NCBI GenBank assembly: GCA_049976505.1
Contig: JBMFIC010000006.1
Coordinates: 964 to 64,963, forward strand
Length of the DNA stretch: 64,000 bases
Direction: 5' to 3'
Source of the DNA: Nitrososphaeria archaeon
GTDB lineage: Archaea > Thermoproteota > Nitrososphaeria > Conexivisphaerales > UBA164
Position numbers and translations under genes: made by a program. Under the pieces are notes generated by a model that ran no database searches, had not been told where the DNA came from, and was given only the letters and a program-made list of their open reading frames with translations. Shown here piece by piece: positions 58,165 through 64,000 of the stretch (position 1 is the stretch's first letter; every line of letters starts with the position of its first letter).

Positions 58165-59108
58165 ACGTAGATGTACGTGTCAAGATCGATCTGCTGCTCA
58201 GAAAAGGCATAGGCCCTGAACCCCATTTCCCTGAGGTCCTCTGCAAACTCCCTGTCGAACCCATGCATGAGTATTACGAGCTCTGGGTTCACCTTCTTAA
58301 CAAAGCTTACGAGCTCCATGTAATCGGCGTGATCGCTCAGAGGGACGGCCGATAGACCAAGGGACCTTGCCCAGCCCGTGAACCTTATGCTGTAGTAGGC
58401 CCTGCTGACGTTCAGGTGCATCGGAGCCACGTAAACGTAAGGAGGGTCAGGTAGATCATCTTCGCTCCTTGCTATCTTATCGGGCTCAGGGATTCTTATT
58501 CCGAATCTCCTGTAGATCCTGTTGATCCTTTCTATGTTGGCGTGCACGACGAGCGGCCTCCAGCTCTGGAAGAGATACTCGATGAGCTGAGCCTTTCCCA
58601 AGGTGTATCCGTGAAGCGAGACTCCGAGCCCATTGTCGTATGCCTCGCCGATCAGCCTCATGACATGATCCAGGACCTTTGCGGTTGGGGGGAACGTGTA
58701 CTCCTTTCTGCCGTATGTGCTCTCCATTATCAGAACCCTGACGTTCTCGGGCTCCAGCTTCTTAAGAAACCCTCTCTCCCTCTGGGAGAAGTCCCCTGTG
58801 TACATTATCTCGTTTTTTCCAATTATCAGTGCCTTGGATCCGAGTATGTGCCCCGAGTCGACCATCCGAAGGCCAGGGTACGATTCTATGTATCGGCTTA
58901 TGCTTACTCCCCTTGCTCGGGCTATCTCAAGGGTTTCTCTCGATGTAAAGACCGTGTTCCTCTCCTTTCTTAGCAGGTGATCCAGGTGAGCGTGAGATAC
59001 GAACGTCAGGTCAGCGCTTACGTTCCTCTCAGGGTCTAGAGCTATGACCTTCCCTTCGTGCTTAACTAGGATCCCAGCGCTGCTGAACGCTATCTTGTCC
59101 CTTATCAA
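58161..59108 (-). CDS. MBL/beta-CASP nuclease
   Basis: SHAHLDH, GHILGS, YTGD, ESTYG, LSDHAD and HG motifs. Confidence 0.88.
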   Translation of the reverse strand: MIRDKIAFSSAGILVKHEGKVIALDPERNVSADLTFVSHAHLDHLLRKERNTVFTSRETLEIARARGVSISRYIESYPGLRMVDSGHILGSKALIIGKNEIMYTGDFSQRERGFLKKLEPENVRVLIMESTYGRKEYTFPPTAKVLDHVMRLIGEAYDNGLGVSLHGYTLGKAQLIEYLFQSWRPLVVHANIERINRIYRRFGIRIPEPDKIARSEDDLPDPPYVYVAPMHLNVSRAYYSIRFTGWARSLGLSAVPLSDHADYMELVSFVKKVNPELVILMHGFDREFAEDLREMGFRAYAFSEQQIDLDTYIYV

Positions 59109-59114
59109 CTTGTC

Positions 59115-60125
59115 CTATATCAGCCTGATAATCCTGAAGAGATAGCTCCATTTAAGGTCAACGCCAAGAACGTCCTTGAACTTCATTGCGTCCCTTACTA
59201 TCCTGTATACCTCGAAAACGTCGGAGATCCTTCTTGATTTATCTCGTTGCTTTCTGTACAGGTAGTCAAATGCCCTCTTGTAAGGCAGGAACTGGTTTCT
59301 CAGCCTCACCAGGTACTCCCTCTGGTTCAGGCCTGTTTCGTAGTAGATCCTGGCCGATATCATGCTTGGAAGTATCCCCTCTCCGAGAAGCGGGTAGACA
59401 GCCCCAGCCGCCTCGCCTACGGCAGTGGCGTTCATAAAATATATAGGGTTCACGTACTCCGGAGGAAGGAGCCTTATCGCCTTCCCCATCCTGCTGTTCT
59501 CAACGATTTCGCCGTTTTTGTCTCTTATGAATCTGAGAACCCTCAGCTCGTGCTGAAGGTTTACGTCCCCACCCCCCACGAAGGCCTCCCCATCCCCAAG
59601 GGGGAAGTACCAGAGATATCCCGAGTAGCCCTCAAACGGCTCAATATAGAAGTCGTCAAAGGGCTGATTCCTGAACTTAACCCTGTACTCTATCGTTGGG
59701 ACGAGGAAGTCCCTCTCAGGCCTTCCCAGCAGGCTCCTTCTGGGCCCGGTGGCATCCACGGCGTGCTTGTACCTTGACTCAAGGTATCCCCTGTCAACCG
59801 CCGAACCGAAGTGCACCGTCGAGTTTCTCGCAAGGTCCTTCAGCAGCCTTGGCTTGTCGAAAGTTGAAAGGCCGTAGGCATCAAACGTCAGGACGTCATC
59901 GTGCCACCTGACGTAGATTCTCCTGCCGAAGTGTAATACGTAGTCATCGAAGTTGATCCCGACGTCCTTCAGAAGCCTTTTCATTGCATGATAGCCTGTC
60001 CCCCATGCGCATACTGAGGTGAACCTGTCTTCCCTCTGAGCCTCGTAGACCTCGGCCTTATCCTGTAGAAGAGCGCTGAGATACGCTCCAGCCGGTCCAA
60101 GACCAGCGATGCCGACGAGAGGCAT
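59115..60125 (-). CDS. Geranylgeranyl-reductase-like flavoprotein
   Basis: GLGPAG, DATG, GYLWYFP and VGEAAG..YPLLGEGI motifs. Confidence 0.82.
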   Translation of the reverse strand: MPLVGIAGLGPAGAYLSALLQDKAEVYEAQREDRFTSVCAWGTGYHAMKRLLKDVGINFDDYVLHFGRRIYVRWHDDVLTFDAYGLSTFDKPRLLKDLARNSTVHFGSAVDRGYLESRYKHAVDATGPRRSLLGRPERDFLVPTIEYRVKFRNQPFDDFYIEPFEGYSGYLWYFPLGDGEAFVGGGDVNLQHELRVLRFIRDKNGEIVENSRMGKAIRLLPPEYVNPIYFMNATAVGEAAGAVYPLLGEGILPSMISARIYYETGLNQREYLVRLRNQFLPYKRAFDYLYRKQRDKSRRISDVFEVYRIVRDAMKFKDVLGVDLKWSYLFRIIRLI

Positions 60126-60183
60126 GTTAATAATCCAATTGCATCATTAATAAATGCTATCCGAAAAGATTCAGCTTGAAAAG

Positions 60184-61098
60184 CTACCTTTTCTGCAGTA
60201 TTTCGTACACTTCCTTCTCATAGGGAAGGTTTTCTACGAGACCCTTATCGACCCTTCTTCTTGAGATAAGGAAGGCCGCAGCCGCGTTCGCGAATTCGGC
60301 TGCGAAGAACGGGTCCTCGCCCCTTCCAAGCATATATGCAAAGGCCGCGTTCCAGGCATCTCCAGCGCCTGTAACATCTACTGGCTCAGTTCTGAAGGGC
60401 TTCACGAGCTCGCTCCTGTTCCTGGTGATGATCATGGCTCCTCTTTCCGCAAGCGTAATCGCCACTATTTCCACGTAATCGAGGAACTTTGCGGCGTATC
60501 TCTCGAGCTCTATGTCAGCATCCGGTGGAAAGCCAAGCATTATCTTGAACTCGCTTTCGTTTGGGGCAAGCGCAGTTATGCCAGCAACCTCCCTGGGATC
60601 GATCTTCATAGCAGGAGCTGGGTTAAGAACGGTCAAGGACCTCTCGGATGCCTCTTTCGAGGCCTCCAGAGCAAGCCTGGCATCTATCTCAAACACGGTC
60701 ATGAAGACATCGTAAGACGTGCTCCGGATGATGTTGAGAACGTGATCCCGTGGAAGCTTTTCGTTTGCGTTCCTGCTTATTATTATGGCGTTTCTTCCTC
60801 CCGGAAGCACCACTACCACCGCTATGCCTGTGCTCCCCTGAGCCCTGTGAACCCCGCTTACGTCAACTCCCTCATCCATCCATTTTTTGACGGCGGCATC
60901 CCCAAAGGCATCTGTGCCCACGCTGGCTATGATCCTGGTGCTAGATCCGAGCCTTCTTATTCCGATTGCCTGGTTTGATCCCTTGCCGCCGTGCTCATAC
61001 CTGAACTCATCAGCAGCGAGCGTTTCGCCGATTGTGGGCATCCTCCTCGCGTTGAACACAAATGTTGCGTTGTAGCTGGCAAGAACAAGGGACCTCAT
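60184..61098 (-). CDS. Ribokinase/PfkB family kinase
   Basis: GGKGSNQA, VGTDAFG, LNPAP, PNESE and DVTGAGD motifs; real start at ATG 61098 because the longer ORF runs through the tRNAs. Confidence 0.9.
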   Translation of the reverse strand: MRSLVLASYNATFVFNARRMPTIGETLAADEFRYEHGGKGSNQAIGIRRLGSSTRIIASVGTDAFGDAAVKKWMDEGVDVSGVHRAQGSTGIAVVVVLPGGRNAIIISRNANEKLPRDHVLNIIRSTSYDVFMTVFEIDARLALEASKEASERSLTVLNPAPAMKIDPREVAGITALAPNESEFKIMLGFPPDADIELERYAAKFLDYVEIVAITLAERGAMIITRNRSELVKPFRTEPVDVTGAGDAWNAAFAYMLGRGEDPFFAAEFANAAAAFLISRRRVDKGLVENLPYEKEVYEILQKR

Positions 61099-61232
61099 GA
61101 TGCTGATATGCTCTTTATTGCTTTTAGCTTCTTCTGCTGAGGTTCGTTCCGGGGCGTGGCCGCAGGCGTGACGTTTTAGCGGATCAAAAGCAGGCAAAAA
61201 GGATAAAAATACTACAGCAAAATTATTATTGC

Positions 61233-61304
61233 GGGCCGGTAGTTCAGGGGTAGAACGCTCCCGTGGCATGGGAGAGGTCGGGGGTTCGAGTCCCCCCCGG
61301 TCCA
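61233..61304 (+). tRNA. tRNA-Ala(GGC)
   Basis: GGGCCGG/CCGGTCC acceptor with G3:U70; CTCCC-GT-GGC-AT-GGGAG anticodon arm. Confidence 0.95.
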
Positions 61305-61306
61305 TA

Positions 61307-61391
61307 GCGGGGGTCGCCTAGCCTGGTCAATGGCGCGAGGCTTAGAACCTCGTCCCGCTGGGGTGCGTGGGTTCAAATCCCACCCCCCGCA
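61307..61391 (+). tRNA. tRNA-Leu(TAG)
   Basis: GCGGGGG/CCCCCGC acceptor, CGAGG-CT-TAG-AA-CCTCG anticodon arm, long variable arm. Confidence 0.95.
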
Positions 61392-61392
61392 C

Positions 61393-61470
61393 GGGCCCGT
61401 GGCGCAGCCTGGATAGCGCGGCAGCCTCCTAAGCTGTAGGTCGTGGGTTCGAATCCCACCGGGCCCGCCA
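61393..61470 (+). tRNA. tRNA-Arg(CCT), CCA encoded
   Basis: GGGCCCG/CGGGCCC acceptor, GCAGC-CT-CCT-AA-GCTGT anticodon arm, ends GCCA. Confidence 0.95.
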
Positions 61471-61596
61471 CTAAAAATTGAGCCCAGAGCTAACTCTGTC
61501 TTCTCCTCTGCAGCGAGCCACAAAGCGCTCGACGCCTGAAAACGCTCCTAAAAGATGCAAAAGCTGAGGGCTTCGCAGTTCAGGGCGATAAGGATG

Positions 61597-61770
61597 TCAG
61601 CCACGATTCCCATTTTTGTTCTTCTTCGTGAGAGCTTCCTCAATTATTCTCTGCAGCTCCTGAACATCGTAGCTTCTGCTCAGATCTATTTCCGCAAGGT
61701 CCTCCCTCTTCAGCTCGGACAGCATCTTCAGTATCTTGATCAGCTCTTCGTCGATGCAGTCGCACGGCAT
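61597..61770 (-). CDS. Small 57-aa protein with N-terminal CxC (not in ORF track)
   Basis: MPCDCIDEELIKILKMLSELKREDLAEIDLSRSYDVQELQRIIEEALTKKNKNGNRG; codon usage like the core genes. Confidence 0.55.
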   Translation of the reverse strand: MPCDCIDEELIKILKMLSELKREDLAEIDLSRSYDVQELQRIIEEALTKKNKNGNRG

Positions 61771-61925
61771 AGGATAACTTGAAATGCTTGAGCATTAAGC
61801 CGTTCTCATGCACGGCCTTTTGCATAAAAGCCGTTCAGCGCTACGCCCGTCCACGACATTTCTTCTTTGTTCGTCAGAATTTAAATCCAAAGGGGCGCCT
61901 GCAGAACGCCTGTTCGCTTTTTCGC

Positions 61926-62243
61926 TCAGAGCTTTTCGGCAAGCCTGAGCACTGTTACGAGGAACCTGTCCAGATCCGAGCTTTCTATCTGGTCCATGCT
62001 GTAGGCTCTGCCCCCAACGTATACCTTGTCATCGTCTATAATTACCGACACCTCCCTGCCGGTCCTGAACGGAAGGCTTCTGAGCATGTTCTCCTCGGTT
62101 ATTCCGTCGTTCTTCATTCCGATAAGATACTTTACAGGATCCTTGCACTCCTTTGTCCAGACTATGTAGAACTTGGGCTCAGTTCTCGACTCAGAGCCCC
62201 CCATGAGCTTAATCGCTTTCTCAAGCGATTCCCTGCTGATCAT
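61926..62243 (-). CDS. Hypothetical protein
   Basis: 105-aa ORF with typical codon usage, downstream of endA. Confidence 0.65.
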   Translation of the reverse strand: MISRESLEKAIKLMGGSESRTEPKFYIVWTKECKDPVKYLIGMKNDGITEENMLRSLPFRTGREVSVIIDDDKVYVGGRAYSMDQIESSDLDRFLVTVLRLAEKL

Positions 62244-62292
62244 AAACGATGGTTCTGCGCCTGTGTCTATAGCTTTAACTCTTCAGTTTGTG

Positions 62293-62832
62293 CTAGGGCT
62301 TCCACCATTCAAGGCCAATGAGGACCGGCGGCTTCGCTGAAACCGCAAATATGTACTTCTTCCTAACCGATCTCGCAAGCCTTCCGGCAAGCACGACGTC
62401 AGCTACGGAGAGCGATCTATTTCTTGCAGTGATCTTCATTATAAAAGGCGCATGCTCCAGGCCCGGCCCCTTTTTGTATATAGCAAAGTCTCCTCCGAAC
62501 TTTATTCCGGGAAGCACGATGTACCCTGCATCCCTCAGAAGCCTGTAGAACTCGTACTTCGTCTCCAGATCCTCGTATTCCTGGCTGAACAGCCTGAAGG
62601 CCTCAGAAAAGCTCAGCCTTCTTCCGTCACTGTAGATCTCGAGCCTCTGCTTTTCAAGAAGGTAAAGGCTCTCTATGGGATCCAGAATCAGGGGCTCGTT
62701 GAACGGTCCCTTCGGCTTCTTCACGTTCATGGGCTTTCCATAGAAGCCCGAGAAGTAAACCCTGTTGGCCTCCTCCACGTCCCATATTATCACGTACCTT
62801 CCTGAAATCTCTCCTCTTGCTGGCCTGATCAA
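62293..62832 (-). CDS. endA: tRNA splicing endonuclease, catalytic subunit
   Basis: GIKFGGDFAIY...GPGLEHA...R.A..VRK catalytic Tyr/His/Lys pattern. Confidence 0.93.
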   Translation of the reverse strand: MIRPARGEISGRYVIIWDVEEANRVYFSGFYGKPMNVKKPKGPFNEPLILDPIESLYLLEKQRLEIYSDGRRLSFSEAFRLFSQEYEDLETKYEFYRLLRDAGYIVLPGIKFGGDFAIYKKGPGLEHAPFIMKITARNRSLSVADVVLAGRLARSVRKKYIFAVSAKPPVLIGLEWWKP

Positions 62833-63464
62833 AGCCCTATTGATACCACCATTACTGAGTCCGAAAGGGAGAGTATAAGATCAGAGATCTTGTCGAGGCG
62901 CTCAAGGATGTCCTTTACAAGAACGTATAGCTTTGGATCGTTTATGCTGTCGTACGCGTCAATGAGGCTCTGCCTGTATATTCCGTCAATTTCCTTTTCT
63001 ATGTTCTCTATCGCTGGAAGCATGTCGGAGATCTTTTCGGGATTTATCTGCAGCATCTTTATCATGTCGTTGAGCTTTATTACCATTTCAATCAGCTTAT
63101 CGGTTATCTTTGAGACCGTGTCCATAATGTCGTACTTGGAGTACTTCCCTGAGTTGAACTGCTTCAGCCTGAAGGCCGTCCCCTCCACGAGGTCAACAAG
63201 CTCCTCTATCTGGTAGGCAACCCTCATGATGTCCTCCTTGTTGATTATCATGCTTCCCAGCTCGGCAAGGCTTCTGGTCAGCGCTCTCCTGTATCCCTTT
63301 ATGTCGTCAGCTATGCTCTGGATCTTTATGTAGCTCTCATCTGCAGCTCCTTCAGCTGTCATCTTCGCCAGCTCCCTTATGGCATCTATGGTCTTCCGTG
63401 ACTCGTCGGTAAGCACGGCCAATATCTTCCTTTTAGCCTGAATCTCGGGCTCTCCTAAATACAA
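62829..63464 (-). CDS. DUF47/PhoU-like protein
   Basis: Helical bundle with IEKEIDGIYR and ERLDKISD patterns. Confidence 0.75.
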   Translation of the reverse strand: MYLGEPEIQAKRKILAVLTDESRKTIDAIRELAKMTAEGAADESYIKIQSIADDIKGYRRALTRSLAELGSMIINKEDIMRVAYQIEELVDLVEGTAFRLKQFNSGKYSKYDIMDTVSKITDKLIEMVIKLNDMIKMLQINPEKISDMLPAIENIEKEIDGIYRQSLIDAYDSINDPKLYVLVKDILERLDKISDLILSLSDSVMVVSIGL

Positions 63465-63692
63465 TTTAATTCAACTATTAATTAGCCCTGAGAAAATATA
63501 AACGTTTGTCAAATTTATTTGAGAAAGAATAAATCCCGTGCGGTTCAAGGCCACGCCCCAGCTTTACCTTTTAATCACTGTCCCGGTGCGCAAAAACGAA
63601 TGCCTGCGGCTGTAACGCGAAAACCCCAGCCTTCGCCTTCAAGAATGAGTCATAAAAGTATTTATATGTGGTTCATGAAAAATCATGTAGAC

Positions 63693-64000
63693 ATGCGGAT
63701 GTTCTGGGCTTTAAAAGCTGGATATCTCAGTCTGCAGTCTGTCACTGACCCTCGGGCGATCTTCGTGGCTCTTCCCCTCGCCGTTGCTGTAATCGGCATA
63801 ATCTACGGAGCGTACATGGCCCTCTGGGTTCTAAAGCAAGATGCTGGAACTGATGAAATGAAGCACGTCAGCTCCCTTATCTCCATCGGAGCCAGGGCTT
63901 TTCTTTCCAGGGAGTACAGGACCATACTTCCGGTAGGCGGGGCTCTTGCGTTCATCGTCTGGCTCGTCTACTACTCTATTATCAGGAGCGCCGGTCTTGC
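63693..64000 (+). CDS. hppA: Membrane-bound H+/Na+-translocating pyrophosphatase (partial)
   Basis: Hand translation: ...WVLKQDAGTDEMKHVSSLISIGARAFLSREYRTI..., the typical mPPase N-terminus; TATTTATA at about 63659. Confidence 0.85.
   Translation, partial: MRMFWALKAGYLSLQSVTDPRAIFVALPLAVAVIGIIYGAYMALWVLKQDAGTDEMKHVSSLISIGARAFLSREYRTILPVGGALAFIVWLVYYSIIRSAGL

Noticed and set aside
61134-61194. GC-rich hairpin (CTGCT/AGCAG closing stem) sharing GGCCACGCCCC with 63549-63559; considered as an H/ACA RNA or repeat
   Set aside because: No ACA tail or clear K-turn, and an 11-mer recurrence is expected by chance in 64 kb.
61099-61523. N-terminal extension of the ribokinase ORF and the 103-aa ORF at 61212-61523
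   Set aside because: These are antisense shadows of the tRNA cluster.
63718-63732. Partial match (CTGGATATCTcAGtC, 13/15) to the reverse complement of the mini-element guide, inside hppA
   Set aside because: Both mismatches are in the TAM-proximal seed and there is no adjacent TTTAC; likely chance.
1-64000. CRISPR arrays, cas genes, rRNA genes, inteins in RpoA/B, and the many short overlapping ORFs in the track
   Set aside because: No regularly spaced repeats or rRNA seen; RNAP subunits are of normal length; the short ORFs are alternate-frame or antisense shadows of well-supported genes.

Overview
Archaeal chromosomal window, mostly core genes. The unsplit RpoB, single fused RpoA'/A'', thaumarchaeal-type degenerate FtsZ and wHTH-NrdD-like fusion suggest a basal Nitrososphaerota/Aigarchaeota-like TACK archaeon (inference). 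Information-processing content: rpl1-rpl10, PCNA-L7Ae-S28e-L24e-ndk, priL, SRP54, dph6, a tRNA methylthiotransferase, rpoH-B-A-L30e-nusA-S12-S7-PINA, endA, four tRNAs and two candidate C/D-box sRNAs. Metabolic content: class II HMG-CoA reductase, a UbiA enzyme, a Grs-like radical SAM, malic enzyme, GDH, a xanthine-dehydrogenase-family Mo enzyme, a B12 acyl-CoA mutase cluster, ABC systems and the start of a membrane pyrophosphatase. The most striking non-coding signal is three related IS200/IS605-family elements that share a TTTAC target and a GGGCGGGGAGGAGGTCAG right end: a full tnpB-only element (1510-2997) inside a dead MFS gene, a 153-bp protein-free mini-element (45696-45848) whose left-end TATA box sits about 26 nt upstream of a 74-nt copy of the TnpB omegaRNA scaffold carrying a new guide, and a 43-bp left/right-end hybrid scar (45009-45051). 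All family assignments come from motif recognition by eye; no database searches were run.
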